A stretch of DNA of 64,000 bases from Eukaryota sp. GEM-RC1 (lineage: Eukaryota): positions 2,108,001-2,172,000 of the forward strand of contig JAUFOQ010000002.1 of NCBI GenBank assembly GCA_040285855.1. Reading direction: 5' to 3'. The notes under the pieces were generated by a model. It was not told the DNA's origin, searched no databases, and saw only the letters and a program-made list of their open reading frames with translations. This document shows, piece after piece, positions 38,694 through 52,810 of this stretch. Every line of letters starts with the position of its first letter. Position 1 is the first letter of the stretch. Position numbers and translations under genes: made by a program.

Positions 38694-41549
38694 AAAAGTG
38701 GTCAACGTTACCACCATAACAGTCTTACAGTATCGCAAACGACACTTATTTCCCAACGTTACTGTAGTATTATCACGACACTTCAGTTGTTGCAAACACG
38801 ATCAATGCAAACTAATTAGAAGCCGGTGTATGGAAAAATGAAATTTGTTACAACGCTCATCAGGAGTGTAATCAATAATCTAAGCAATCAAATGGTTGGT
38901 GAAAAACATTTCTTAGATGGATACGTTTTTATGAGTACGTATATGATTGTTGGGGAAAAATGATCCAACAAGAGTTATTTGAAATAGTTTCACAAAAATG
39001 TGTAATCAATGATTTAAAGCATAGCAATTGAAACTGAAAATGGTTCAATGGGCAATTGAGAATCTACGGTGCTGCTTTTTATGTTGAATAATAAACAAGG
39101 ACAATAAACAATAGAACAGAAGATCAGTTCAGTTCACAGAGAATGATAAACTGAACTGAACTAACTAACACTCTTACTTCTTTGCAGTAATGTCGATTGC
39201 ACAACAACAGATCAGATTAAGTTTCCTTCATGATAGGGAGCACAAATCGTGTCAATTACAGATTTGTAAAGTAGTCGTCATCATCTTCCATATGATTAGA
39301 CATAAACAACTATGTCAGAATTATATTGTTCTCAGCAACCTCTAATAGATCACTTTACAATGTAATGCTTCAAAAATAGCACAATGTTTTCGGTAAAAAC
39401 AGACAAAACAGCACTCCAATATATTTAAGTATAATGCAATAATATTGTTTATTGCTTCAACCAACAATATATGTATTGTTAGTAACTCACAGACAGATAG
39501 ATTATTGTATCAAATAAAGACCTTACATTTTTCTCACCCCTAGTTTGCCACATACTACAGTGTAGTAGATTCTTTAAATCATCGTGTTAATGCTGATTCA
39601 AGTAAACTCCCCCAGAGCTTATGGTAGAAACAATCCAACAATTTGTACTTGAAATTTTCAACGGTTCTTTAGTGGGGTGTATGATTGGTCTCAGGGTGGA
39701 TATATATGAACCTGGGTCGCTTTAATGAATAATCGGATGACTAAAAAACAAAACCAAAGTCTTACCCAAGTTTGTGTGCCACATACAGTGAAATCATTTC
39801 AACGTAAATACACCACACACATCTACTTCAATGTTGTTTGTACCTAACTTCGTCAACATATTGGTGATGTTCTAATGATGAGGACAATCAATCAGTTCCA
39901 GGAGCGTTGTTTTGCTTGATTTGATGACACTGCTCTTTGTTTAACAAAATGTTCACAAAATATTTGAGTCGTGCCTCCTGCTTAGGGGCGTTGTTGATCA
40001 ACAAACCAAAAACACTATGATTACAAGTGAATGAAGTCTTACCTTACATAAGAAGAGCATCTAATTTCTTTCTAAATAGCGCCTTCAATATAACTGAATG
40101 GAGGTCCACGAACGTGTACTGAATACCTCCATCAGATCACTTACTCGGTACCACTTGTACAACTATGTAGAGTATAACTCCGTGTTTCATAAACAGAATG
40201 TAGGATATGAGAGAATCTGAGATGGTGTATTTACGTGGTGTATTTACCCGCCCCCAATATAAATTTAAACATTTAAAGTCATTGATGCAGTACCAAATAG
40301 AAGCTATGTCACTTAACAAACATCACTATCACAGAGTCCCATATTTGTGTCCAAAGTGAGACATAGATAAGGATATTAATCGAAGACTGGTTAAGGGACA
40401 ATGGAGTGGATTTTTCACTGAGATCGATCCATAACACAATGATAGGAACATAGAGTTGGGATCAGTAAGAAGACCGAATCGCAAGGAATCAATGCTATAA
40501 ATCTAAAGATTCTTCCAGTGAATCACTGAACCTGGAGAGTGGAGGATCAGCATGAATAGATCGGAGGAGAGTATATTCATCCTTATCTTTCTCACTTCAT
40601 GTAAGTACTTCCACGATCATTCTCCCTGCTTCTCTTGGACTGTCATCAATATAGTATCGGCGCGCAGCCAGCCATCGTATAGTTGATCCTCGTTCACCCA
40701 CTTTTCTTCTTCTGCTCTGCTCTTACATAATCTATATCAATGACAACAAGGATATAATCTTCAGTAGCTGAATCATTTCTACAATCTTCGTTCTTCTTCG
40801 TCTCTCCCCTCCTGCTCATCTGCCTGTTTTTCAAAACAAGGTCCCTATCACTACACATTTTCCTTATCACTTAGTTCCTTTTGAACTCTTTTGTGAAGGA
40901 TTCAGTAACTACTTGAATGCTTCAGAGCTGTAAGGTGTTCCTCTTCTGTAGAAAGAATGTGACTAATGGTTCTACTCAGTAGAGGAAGGAATTTTCACTA
41001 CTCAGAATCTTTTTGAATAATTTAATTTATTTGAATCATATTTTTTTTACACCGAGTTACTAGTATTATTGTGTGTAAGTAACAATCGTGTTATTCAACG
41101 CCTTTTGCCAATTTATATATTTTATTTCTTCATTTATCAATTGTTGAATTATGAGATCTGCTTCGAATAGAATTATACACATAGGAATGGAGAACAAACC
41201 TTCAAGAACTTCTTCTCGAATGATGATGAATGGGGTGATTGGGGGGGTGTAATTGTTGTAAATTCCAGGAAACATTCTCTTACTAGAGAATGCACACGTG
41301 TGATACGTTTCTGAGTTCACATTGGGAACCCACTAAATTAGAAATTGAAAAAGTCTTTGGCATTCGACAAGTTAATGGATGAACATCACTTTCTGAATGA
41401 CAGAAGGTTTTACTCGAACTGAAAGGCAGTCACTTTGTTTAAAAAAATCCGATTTTGACAAGCTAATCATTTATCTATCAAAATAGTTCAAAAAATCTAG
41501 TTCTACTTTTTAGAAACATTCATTGTTTAATCCAGTTATTACTTCTTCA

Positions 41550-41891
41550 AAGTATATTCAAAGAGTAGTAGAATCTCTCCAACCAAATTCTCCAGGAATA
41601 TTTGGAATAAGGAAAGTCTTGCCAGATTTGATATTTAATTTCAATTGTATTTAGTACTTCACGAAAGCAATCAAAAGCAACTACAAGTTTGTATATCACG
41701 TGGTGTAAATCACGTGATTGAGAATCTGATGAATGCGAAGAAGTTGTCGGAACTGACGGGAAGATGAGAGACGTCGATGGGGTTCCCGAGTTTATCACCA
41801 AACTCCAAGAACCAACGGATCGGAAGTACGTGGAATGAGCTGCAAGGACAGATTTGTTTACCTCAATGAACTTACGACCGAATGTAGGCAT
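41550..41891 (-). pseudogene. BTB/POZ-domain gene fragment
   Basis: FGRKFIEVNKSVLAAHSTYFRS is the BTB start signature. The frame is lost immediately after it. Confidence 0.55.
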
Positions 41892-42169
41892 ATAGTCTCA
41901 AAGTATGTAAACGTGTTTTAGAATAATTTATAACAAAGTATATTGATTTTTATAAGAGGACTATCAAACTCGCATGGTCCAAGGACCGATCTCAATCCAT
42001 TCTATTTTAAAATTTTAATTATTAATCACTACTACTAGTAGTACAATATAAAAAGAAAAGAATCTAATTCAACAATCAAACTTTATTTGGTACTCAATAA
42101 GGTAACCTTCCTACAATACTATGAAATTGAAATTGTAAAAACAAACAAATAATACTAATATTAAATCCA

Positions 42170-42930
42170 AACGACTTCATCACCACCCGGTAAAAGATTA
42201 CGTTTTTCAACATTAACCTTCACAAATTTGCATTAACCAAACTTGTACAATTTCTCACTTAAGCGAGAGAAATAGAAAGGGATATTCCGATATATGGAAA
42301 ACATTATACGGTTTTTCCATTCAGACATTCTAAACATACGCTTCTTTTCTTTACACAGGTCTTCGAAATCCTTGAAAAATTGATCACCAGCAGGACTAAT
42401 CGATCCAAAAGAGAAACACCATACTCAGAGAAATATCCTACTAACACAAGATTTGTTACATACATCTACTGTAGTAAAATCCATTAATGATTGACTCGAT
42501 TTAAGCCACGGAGTATGGAGATCTCCTCTTTTTGATCAGTAAATTCATTTTCTGAAAGATGATTCAAAACTGGTCAACTTTAGAGTGAAAACCATGTGCT
42601 TTAAACATGGAATAGCAAGAATCACGTACACCATCATGAATCACTGCAAGTACATGAATAAAATAACGACAATTAATTAAATGACGAAAAGACCATTAGC
42701 TCCACAAGAGCAAGTTGAATAGTTTAATAAATTTGCAGGCCAAATAGTCAAACGAAGACGCATATTGATCATCCGAGCTTCATCAGATAGAGGTAATCCA
42801 AACGCCTTAGCAATTTGAGAAATAAATCCAGAAGGTCCACTATTACAAAGGTCAATTAAAAAAGCAGCGAACTCGGGACTATTAGTTTTAGCCAAGCTAA
42901 TACGATTATTGATTTATTTAGAAATAAAAT
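42170..42930 (-). mobile_element. Decayed 3' end of a restriction-like-endonuclease (CRE-like) non-LTR retrotransposon
   Basis: Fragments across frames: LSDEARMINMRLRL..CSCG (zinc knuckle), RGDLHTPW..MDFTTVDV (PD-D-like) and SFGSISPAGDQFF..WKNRIMFSI. Confidence 0.6.
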
Positions 42931-43461
42931 TCAGAATAATCCGCATGTGACTGTTCAATTGAACTGTTCAATAGTGGCGACAAAAAAGTTGCAACAACAC
43001 AAAAATTTACACACAAGAATACAAAAGAAATATTAAATAGATACTAACGACAAATAGCTCGGTACATCAAGTGAGTGATTGTGAGAGCACCACTAATATT
43101 GAAACAGGAGATAGAAGCAGAAATGATAAACAACACTTTAACAACACTGGTATCACTTTCAACAGAATTGATTGCGGTTATCACGACAACTCCCAACATT
43201 GCACTGCTATTTTAGCTTTGGAGATGATTAGGAGAAATGTTTTAAAAACAGTGATAACGATACAATTCAAACATAACATACGATCAGTTCGTTCTTTCAT
43301 CCTATGTTTTTACGACTTTCCCGAAATCTCTTAAAAAAGTTAATATACTTTTTCCTAAACGGCTGTAGATTGATGTAGCAGACGGGTACAAATCAACTCT
43401 TTGATAGAAAATTTCGCCCATAATTTTCTGCTAGTGCAACAATTCTCCCAACAATACAAAC

Positions 43462-45701
43462 ATGTCCTCCGTTCACCAAATAATCGATGGGGAGGGCAAC
43501 TTTACGTATGCTTGTACCATCGTACTAATCCCAGTAACCAGCTTGAATCCTTTTGTACCTCTTGCTCTAAACTCTCTTCTAAATACACTATTGTCTCTGT
43601 TCTTGGTGCTCAGTCTTCAGGAAAATCAACTCTTCTCAATTGTCTCTTCAATACTTCATTTCCTGAGCTCAACTCCAATGTTGGTCGTCGTCAAACTACC
43701 TTAGGTCTATGGATGGCTCAACCCCAGAATGTACAAAACATTCTCGTCATGGACAGTGAAGGTACAGACGGCAGAGAACGAGGTGACCAACTTGTCTATG
43801 AACGCCGCTTTGCTCTCTTCTCTCTAGTACTTTCCAACATCCTCATTGTCAATCTCTGGCACAATGACATTGGACGCCACAACGCCTCCAACCTCTCTCT
43901 TCTACGCTCTGTCCTTGATGCCAACGCCCGCCTGTTTCTCTCCAACTCTGCCAGTGATGCTTCCTTCCCCAAGAGAAAGATCATCTTTGCCATAAGAGAT
44001 CATATTGAATCAGCCACTTCTCTGACTGTATTGGAACGAGACCTTGTTAAAGACATTCATAAGTTGTGGGAAGATGTAGCTGAAAAGAATGAGTTAACCA
44101 TCCCTCTAGAGACTCTCTTTGAGTTTCACTCCTTTGGATTTCCCCACAAAATCATTCAAGAAGTAGAGTTCAACTCTCACGTGGATGAGTTTCTGACCTT
44201 CCTCACATCTCTCTCCACTGGAGTCAAAGCTTCTCTCCCTATTGATGGTCTTTTCTTTGTTCTGTAAGCAAGTTTGGGAGGTAGTCTCGAGTGATAAGGA
44301 TCTAGACGTTCCCTCTCAGTTGGAATTGGTAGCCTTGTTTAGAGGAAGAGAGATTGTTGGGGAGTTGATGGAGCAGGTTGATGAGGAGGTTTCTGGGTTG
44401 TTGTCGAAAATGGAAGGTGGTGACGTGATTGGCGGTTTGAATAAGTCAGTTGAGTCGTTGATTGGGGATGTTTCAGTTTTGTTTGGGAAGAAGGTGAAGC
44501 ATTATAATGGAAGCGGTATTTCGACTGTCACGACTGAGCTGATTTCAAGGATGACGGGTGTGATTGGTCCTTTAATGAAAAGAGGATTGGATAACTTTGT
44601 TCAGTATGAATTAGCCCAGTTCAAGCAAAAACTTTTAATTTTTAATAATTCTTTGGTTTCGTCGATGGGAACGCGATTAGATCAAATGAAGAGCAAGAGT
44701 TTAAAGAATTTCTCTGATTTTCTTGAAACTCATATTCTTTTGAACTATCTAATGTGAATAACCGAAGACTTTTGATCTTTAATCACGTTAAAAAGTCAAT
44801 TATAGATGATATTGCTACGTATTCCGCCAAAATGAGTACCGATTTCACAGTCAAAATCGATGCATTGATCTCTTCTGCACAATCAAACGCTATCAACCAC
44901 CTAGTCACACTCACTCAGCAATCAATCAGAAAAGATATCATGCAAATCAGTCTTCCCTGGGTTAAGAATATCTACAACACTCAGTGGAATAGCTGTAACC
45001 CATGGTCTTCTCTAATTGAATCTTCAATGGCTGTTGTCTCCCGTTCTATTGAACAAGTAGAAGCTGAAGTGAAGGAGATGCAAATTAGCATTGCTGATGA
45101 AAGAAGTCGTGTGAAAGAATTGTTGTATGGTGTGGCTGCAGAGCAAATATTGGAATATTTGAAAATAGCGACTTCAACTGAAAAGTTACAGGTTTATTCG
45201 AAGAAATTTGTTTCAAATACTTTCTCTTCTGATGAAAAAATTAGTCTTTGGGAAAGTCTAAACTTTTTTAAAAATTCATCACAATTTGATCCCGATCAAA
45301 AATTGGGACAAGTTGCAATTCAAATTAATGATTTTCTCACTAATTTACAAGTTCTATCTCTAAGTCAATTTTCCGAATCACCAATTTTGAAAAATCTTGT
45401 TAGACTGACTGGATCTTCTTCTGATTTTAAAATTTTTGAAGATGACGTCATCAAATCAGTTTTGGATGAGCTAGAGCCTGATTTTAAAATGGCTTCGTCT
45501 GTGTACGGTAACAAAGTTAAACAATTTAGAAGAACTTTATTTACCGTCGGAATTTTGTTGTTTGTTGTATTATTTATGGGTTTGAATAAGCCAAAATTGT
45601 TAGTTTTTCTTTTAGTGTTTATTATATTGTTTCAAATGTGGTTTTCTCAATCAGGGCTGACGTTCCCTTTACTAAGAATTCTCGGGAATTTACGTGGTTG
45701 A
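43462..45701 (+). CDS. SEY1: SEY1/RHD3 dynamin-like ER-fusion GTPase; 29-nt intron 43506-43534; indels at ~44252 and ~44740
   Basis: QIIDGEGNF N-terminus spliced to VSVLGAQSSGKSTLLN, RRQTTLGLW, DSEGTDGRERG, IFAIRD and LDVPSQLELVALFR. C-terminal TM hairpin. Confidence 0.92.
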
Positions 45702-45780
45702 TTTGATTAAGTATTAAATGACGATTGTATATTCAATAGATTTTTTCTTTTTTTTATTAATGTGATTGTCCAAATAGTAC

Positions 45781-46022
45781 CAGGGATCGAAAAAATATAT
45801 ATTGCAATATAGTCTTGTAACACGTTCAATGATCTCAGAACTTGCAATTAGCTGTTCTGCAAGTTCACACTGCTCGCAGTGATGACGAACCCATTTAAAG
45901 TCTTGCTCATTCAGTTCGTGTAAGGTATTGTACAGTGTCGTATGATTCTTTTTGTGAAGAGTATATATTGCAATATCAGTTATTTCAATGAATTGCAATA
46001 CAATGTATTTTTTCGATCTCTG
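45781..46022. mobile_element. hAT-like MITE, 242 bp, same TIR family as 3250-4143
   Basis: CAGGGATCGAAAAAA / TTTTTTCGATCTCTG. TSD AATAGTAC at 45773-45780 and 46023-46030. Confidence 0.88.
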
Positions 46023-46624
46023 AATAGTACAGTACTAGTATGTCCAAAAACTGCAAATTTTCACAATCTTACGAAATGTCGGGTCACACTAATACTATTA
46101 GTGACCTTAATTAATGTTTAAACAAACATTCGAAACCGCCATTAACATCAATTTCGGTTGACGGTGCAGTGTCAAATCTATCAAAATATTGCGTTTAATG
46201 TTCTGATGTTTGATCCACTCCATGTACACAACCGACTGTCATAACGAATTTTTTAAATGGCACTCTGATTTTCATCTGATGGACTCACTGATAACGGACT
46301 CTAAGCAACATCAGTTGTACAAAATTGTCCCTTTGATGGTGCAGAAAATGACCCGTAGTACATTATTCCCCTACTGGAGGCATTGATTGAACCACAGATC
46401 CTGATCTCAATTCATTGTTGTAACACTGCAAGGAAAGAGTACTATACGTTTAACCAATTTTCCTTGTCACATTTACTACAGTAATTGAAAAAATAGATTT
46501 TATTTGTTGTGCATTCGACAGAAAACCGTCGTCTTAAAGTGAGCAAACATCTTTCACTGCGGATGTGGTAGCACTCATATCTCCCAAAGTGTTCAATGTT
46601 TCAACCTAAAATTCATTTTCTGAA

Positions 46625-48249
46625 ATGGAATGCATTGCTTGTGCTGATTCTTTTAATCTCTCTGACCGCATTCCACTGCTAATTTGCAGTGAAGGTCATA
46701 CTACATGTTCTGAGTGTTCGTCAAAACTGACAAAATGTCCTCTCTGTAGAATTACCTGTCTTAAGGAGAAGAAAGTGAACTTTGCCCTCCAAGATCTTGT
46801 TGAGGCTTCTCTTAACGGTGATCTCTGTCCTGAAATTCCCCCAAATCAAATTCTTCTTGGAGAAAAAATCGCCGACGGAGGCTTTGCTTCCGTTCATGTA
46901 GCAGATTGGTTTGATCTCCCCGTTGCTGTTAAAATGGTTTCTCTCACAGAAAAGGAAGAATCCAGCTTCAAAGAGAGATGAATCTTTTGATCAACCTAAA
47001 TCATCCATCAATAATACGTGTTTTTGGAATCTGTTTCCTTGATGGCTTCATTGGTATCGTAATGGAAAGAGCTACGTCTCCCATACCCTCACCAAACTCG
47101 CTGTCAGCAACAACTCTGAGGTACGCTAAAGAGTTATGTCAAGCAGTAAAATTCCTCCACCTAAAGTCTGTAGTTCATGGTGATTTGAAACCAGCAAACA
47201 TTCTTCTGGTAGATGATCACGTTAGAGTTGCTGATTTTGGCACCTCTAAAAACCTTGCCGCTACAACTACAATAACAAGATCCACTGCGATGAGTCCCAA
47301 ATATGCTGCTCCTGAACAGCTTGATGGAAAATCCGGTCCTTGTAGTGATATCTATTCACTTGGCCTAATCTTGTATGAAGTTTTGACTGGAAAAATTGCT
47401 TTTGACGGATATCCCATAATGCAAATTGTTGGAGCAAAAGTTCAAGGTAAACCTATACCTTTTGACAAATCGACGCCTATGTGTTTAAATGAAATATTAT
47501 TGAAATGCTTGAATCCAGATCCCTTATTACGACCAAAAATCAACGAAATAACTGAAGTTTTGGACATGATTGGTTCTGATCTTAATCGATCAAATTTGAT
47601 TGAAGAAAGTGATGCCAAAGCTACAGTTGATGGTCTCATTGATGAAGTATTGCTGTTGAAACTTGAAAATTCCAGACTTGATGAAGGCAATGAGTCCTTA
47701 AAGACCGATAACTTGAAATTGATTCAACAAAATGAAAACATTTTAATCTTTAACAAAAAATTACAGCAGTCAGAAGTGTCTTTCAAACGAAAAATTGCTC
47801 ATTTAGAGGTTCAGATTCAATCTTTAAAGAGCGAAAATTCACAATTAAAGACAAAAAACTCCCATTCATCATCAAAAGTTTCTGGGTTGTCGACAGACAT
47901 AAATGCCTTAAAAACAAAACACTCAAAATTAGTTAATCAAAATTCTCATTTGAAAGCTGTAAATTCTAAATATGCTATAGAAAATACCAAATTAAGATCT
48001 GAGATTGAGAACTTAAAAAAACTAATCCCTTATCGACAGGTCTTTGTCAAAACTCATCGTAGAACCATCACTCTTGAAGTCGAAGGAGCTGATACCATCG
48101 AGTCAGTCAAGGCTAAAATCCAAGAAAAAGAAGGAATCCCTCCAGATCAACAACGTTTGATCTTTGCTGGAAAGCAACTTGAAGATGGCCGTACTCTACA
48201 AGACTACAACATCCAGAAACAGTCTACTCTTCATCTCTTGTTTCGTTAA
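46625..48249 (+). CDS. RING (C3HC4) + TKL-like protein kinase + coiled coil + C-terminal ubiquitin domain; indel at ~46952
   Basis: [48 protein letters not shown]; tail [37 protein letters not shown]. Confidence 0.9.
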
Positions 48250-48302
48250 AGTATTTATGAACTTCAAAACAAAACACTTCAGTGGTCGTCACTAGTGGAA
48301 TC

Positions 48303-49043
48303 ACTACACTGCCATTGACAATTAGCCTTGGTGAGACTAATTCTTAAGACATTTTCAATCATGTGCACATAAATAATTAGTCTCACCAAGACTAATTCTT
48401 TTCATGCTTTAATTTAGTCTTGGTCAACTTCAAATTATATTGACAATGTTTTATGACAAACAAGTAAAAGAAAACTATTCTAAATTGATAACATTATCAG
48501 CGTTGGGTTAGTAAGCAACAACTTCCAAATTCCCTCCTCAATGCTGTAGCTACACCATCGTTCTACAACAATATATACTCCACCATGTTCTGAGAATCTT
48601 CTACATGTAGTTCTTCAAACGCTGTATTCGGAGGGTGTTTGACCGTCAAAGTTTGAGTGATATTTTCCATTAATTTCTTGCAATTGAAGCTATAACTGAG
48701 AAATTTGTCCTAGTCTCACATCGTGAGTATATTATCCGCAACTCATCACGAATTTTAAATTTTGGAACAGGTGTGACACCATAAGCATCTTGTCTTGAAA
48801 TAAGATTATCAACAACTTCCTTAGCAATTTCCATCATCTACTTTTGCCTGGATTTTTACAACACCAACAGCACAGACTGCTTTTATTGTGAAGTAATCCA
48901 TTAATATCTTCCAATCTTTATTTAAAACTGCAAGTAGATGAGTTAAATGTATGAAAAGTTTCGATCCACCAAAAACAGCTAAGAAAAATTAGTCTCCCCA
49001 AGACTAATTTATGAGTGAGACTAATTGTCAATGGGAGTGTAGT
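48303..49043. mobile_element. TIR element with ACTACAC termini and 2-bp TSD (TC)
   Basis: ACTACACTGCCATTGACAATTAG / CTAATTGTCAATGGGAGTGTAGT. Subterminal GAGACTAAT/ATTAGTCTC repeats. Confidence 0.8.
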
Positions 49044-49714
49044 TCTTTGGTTCTTTGAGGATGCCTTCAAAATGTCTTTCATTTTTTCCTGTTACGTTTG
49101 TCAAATCTTTGAGAGTGCTTTATTGTATTATACAAATATGTTCTTATTACTACAAAAAACGGTCGATGATAGTGATTGACACCGTATTGTATTGTTGATC
49201 TGGCAGACCAATCCAATATTTTGGTAATCCGGAAATCAATACAATCATCTTGCCTTTATTGTAGTAGAGTTGTATTTGATTTTGTTTGAGTACTATTTGT
49301 ATCAATACCTGGTAAAACATCCTACAAATTATAGAGCTACCCTCTCGTGATGGTCTTCTTGAACTGCTGTGCATCAACTTCTGATGTTCCCAGACTACAA
49401 AGTCTTGAGGTCCCACATTTTGGTGTTGTACTTCGAGAACAATATCATTCATTGTTCTTACAAGGTAAACCTTCAAGCCTGAATGTTCTCTTGTTCTTAA
49501 AAGCAAACAATGGACATCCAATGCCGTTAACTTGAGGTCATCATATGTGTGGATCATCTCCATCTCATTTGCAAAATGAATACAGAGACTCTTATCACCA
49601 ATATACTGATTGTAGATCAATAAATACAATATGAATCATTTTAATACTCGATCCAGATCATCAACTGTTACTAGAACCACCACAATTGTATTGTGCATAT
49701 GTGCTACTAGTAGA

Positions 49715-50837
49715 TGCGGGGTAAGCCATTACCATTTGACGAGTCAACACCTGCTTGTTTGAAGTATATAATATCGAAATGTTTGAATCCAGATCTAGTA
49801 TTTCGACCAAAAATTTCTGAAATAATTGAAAATTTGAATGATATGGATCTTCTGAACACGGTTCACACGGTTTTTGATGTTGATTTTGATGAATCATTCT
49901 TGATAAATGAGATTGAATCAACAAAAGCTAAAAATAAAGATCTTGGTCGTAAACTATTGAAACTGAAGTTAGAAAACTTGGTGGAGAAAATGAAGCTTTA
50001 AAAATTGAAAGTTGAAAGTTGGTACAACAAAACCAAATCATTTCCAGCTTGAATAAGAAGTTTCAGATATCCGAAGACACATATAAGGACAAAATTGCTA
50101 ATTTAGATTCGCTGAATCAGTCTCTAAATGAACAAATCACTCAAGTAGAGATCATCAATTATGATTTATTGATACAGTGTTTTAGTTTAGAAAGAGAAAA
50201 TTATGATTTGAACAGAACAAAAACTGATTTAACTAGAACAAACACTGATAATGTTAATGAAAATTCTCATTTAAACGTCCAAAAATTGCAATATCTCAAG
50301 GAAATTGCCAAATTGAGAGGTCAAATTGAACAACTGAAATTCAATCCTACAAAAGGTGTTCCTCTTTCTCAATCATTTGTGTTTAGATTCTCAAAATCTA
50401 AGAGTTAGTGATCACAACAAGAGAGTTGCTGTTAATAATGGTGTTAGTTCTGGTAGACATTTACTGGGTCAGGATCCACTTCTTCCTGGCAATGTCTATA
50501 CCTGGAAGTTAAGGCACCAGGGAAGTACTTCCTCTCTTTTTGTCGGGGTCATTGATGAGTCGAAGTTTAGTAGAACTGGTCGTTGTAATAGCAGTGCTCA
50601 CTGTTTTAAGCTAATCATGATTACGTCCATGGTTGTCTCTCAGGAAACAAAACTCGGTGGAATCCTGGTGAATTAGTGGAGATCAATGTAAATCTAATTA
50701 AGTACACTTTGTCAATCAGATCCGCGTGTAATTCTTCAGTTAATCTTACTGGGACTCTTCCCAGATTAATTAGTTGTAATTATTATCCATTTGTTTCGTT
50801 ATTTCACAGCGACTACGAACTTCAAATTGTTGAATAA
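49715..50837 (+). pseudogene. 5'-truncated, frameshifted paralog of the RING-kinase family: kinase C-lobe end + coiled coil + SPRY/B30.2-like domain
   Basis: GKPLPFDESTPACLKYIISKCLNPDLVFRPKISEI matches the neighbouring kinase. C-terminal LLPGNVYTWKLRHQG..LFVGVIDE..YYPFVSL is SPRY-like. Confidence 0.7.
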
Positions 50838-51073
50838 AGTCGAAAACGATGTAAAACAGTCTTCGTACTGACTCCAAAATAAAACAGAAATAAAATCAAC
50901 AATTTTCTGTACAAAAGTTAAAAGCATAGAAAAAGCAAACAATATGTTTATGGTTAACATTGAAATTGATGATTACGATACAGTAGAACAATAATAAAAA
51001 AGCAATGGAAAACTCATGTGAAGATCACTATCAATTGCCACCAAATACAAAAAATTAAATACAATTACAAATA

Positions 51074-52186
51074 TTAAAATAATACAAATTCCGCTACTTC
51101 TTCCCTAACCTCAGTCATACTTCTTTCCCTTAACCTTAACAAATTCTGCTCAGTCACAGCAAGTCTCAAGGTCAGATTCTTAGTTGACTTTACAAGACCT
51201 TGACCTTCCTTTCTCAGAGCAATCAAAGGTTCAGTATTACTGATTTGTGATCCCCTTTGATCAGTTGCTTCTTTCACGTCATCAAGTTCCCTTGCAATGT
51301 TCTGTAACTGTGTAGTTCGATCAGACTTCAACTTGGCAACTTTCGAGAGATTCTGTTGTAAAGTCTCTAGTTGCGTTCTAACTGAAGCATATTCCTGAAC
51401 TAAATGACCTAATTGTTCTTGAAGGAACTGTTCCCGGTGAGATATCTTTGATAGAGTTTTCTTGGTATCTGAAGAGAAGACTCCCAAGAGAGGTAGAACT
51501 GAGTCACGAACTGATACGCACTTGGTCACGACAGATTTGAGCTGTGAGACTTTGATTGACCAATCATTGTGATCCCCTTGATTGTGATGGACCGACAGTT
51601 TAGGCAAGACCCTCTCCACCTCATTCCTCCAGGCATTAATCGCTTCAACGTCCATCTCTAATCCTTCCTCAGTTGTTTCTATGGCTTCCATGTTCATTGT
51701 GAAATCACCACCTTCATCAAAGGTTTCAGATATATCACTTTCGCCCTCGCTAGCTTCATTCTCAAGAGGATCATCTGGATATTGGATCTTCTCAAAGGTA
51801 ATGTTAGTGCGGAGGATGGCAGCGTCAGCTAGAAGGGAGAGGAGGAGAGCAGGGGAGTCACCGAAACCTTGACGGAGTTTAGCATGATCAAGGTCAACGT
51901 CAATGTCGGCTTCCCTGCAGTAGTTGAGGAGGTTTTTGGCGGTATCACCGGGATCATCAGATTGAAAGGGTTGTGGGGCATCAATGCCGCATAGACGAAG
52001 AAGCCATGATGCTAGGGAAGCAAAGTAGTAGTATTGTTCAGAACGATTAGAGGCAGGAACAGTGAAATAAAGGTGGTTGAGAAGAGGGAATTCTTTAGGA
52101 TAGCAGAAGCGGTCCTCATAGTTGAGAAGAAGAAGTTTCTCAACAAGAGTTGAACAGAGAACTTCAGCAGGTATTGTGGATGACAT
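51074..52186 (-). CDS. IFT57: Intraflagellar transport protein 57 (Hippi)
   Basis: LVEKLLLLNYE..YF..EQYYYFASLASWLL, DDP, KLRQGFG, WRNEVERVLPKL, DW and a C-terminal coiled coil. Confidence 0.92.
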   Translation of the reverse strand: MSSTIPAEVLCSTLVEKLLLLNYEDRFCYPKEFPLLNHLYFTVPASNRSEQYYYFASLASWLLRLCGIDAPQPFQSDDPGDTAKNLLNYCREADIDVDLDHAKLRQGFGDSPALLLSLLADAAILRTNITFEKIQYPDDPLENEASEGESDISETFDEGGDFTMNMEAIETTEEGLEMDVEAINAWRNEVERVLPKLSVHHNQGDHNDWSIKVSQLKSVVTKCVSVRDSVLPLLGVFSSDTKKTLSKISHREQFLQEQLGHLVQEYASVRTQLETLQQNLSKVAKLKSDRTTQLQNIARELDDVKEATDQRGSQISNTEPLIALRKEGQGLVKSTKNLTLRLAVTEQNLLRLRERSMTEVREEVAEFVLF

Positions 52187-52569
52187 TGAGAAGAACTTTT
52201 GCTTTCTTAGTGGACAGAAGATGGTTGTGTTCTTTTAATGAATCCCAGCTCTAACGCTTCCTATTAGCTTCCTCTACTTTCATGTTCAGCGGACCTTCTG
52301 ATTTTTCGTTCATTGTTTCCAAGTCATTCTTATGTGGGTTGCGTTGGTGATTTGATTGCGCTCTCAAACTTTTCCTATTTAGTTTTGTCTTTGATCGGTT
52401 ATACGCTTTTCTGTCTATTGAAATTTGATATCTATTAGAGAACCTCTCCATTTCCTGAGTAATTCAGGGGATGATCATTTTCTTTCTCTTCTTTTTGCCG
52501 TACAGTTCTCCTTATGAATCAGTTCTTATTGCTTATTCTTGACCATTGCTTTAAGTAGTCACTCTGGAA

Positions 52570-52810
52570 CCCTATGTTATCACTATATATCTTTATGGTC
52601 CGTATAGACGGTAAACCTTTTGGACTTGAGCACGTTTTTAAGAGGAGATTGTACAATAGTGGTCACTATCGCATAGAGTTCTTTTTGGAGTGTGGTCCAC
52701 TTCAATTGGGATTCAGTTAAGCGTTTAGAAAAGAAACACAAAGGAGTCAACACGTTGTTGGGTCTATCTCTGTCCGTAGTTTTTCGTGACCAAATAGCAC
52801 CCGAATCCTG
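52570..52810 (-). mobile_element. Ty3/gypsy-type RNase H fragment of an LTR retrotransposon
   Basis: Minus-strand translation PLCFFSKRLTESQLKWTTLQKELYAIV, followed after a frameshift by VYTDHK. Confidence 0.75.

Noticed and set aside
44242..44760. SEY1 as a pseudogene or split gene
   Set aside because: Both breaks fall in T-runs and the flanking motifs are intact; most likely assembly errors.
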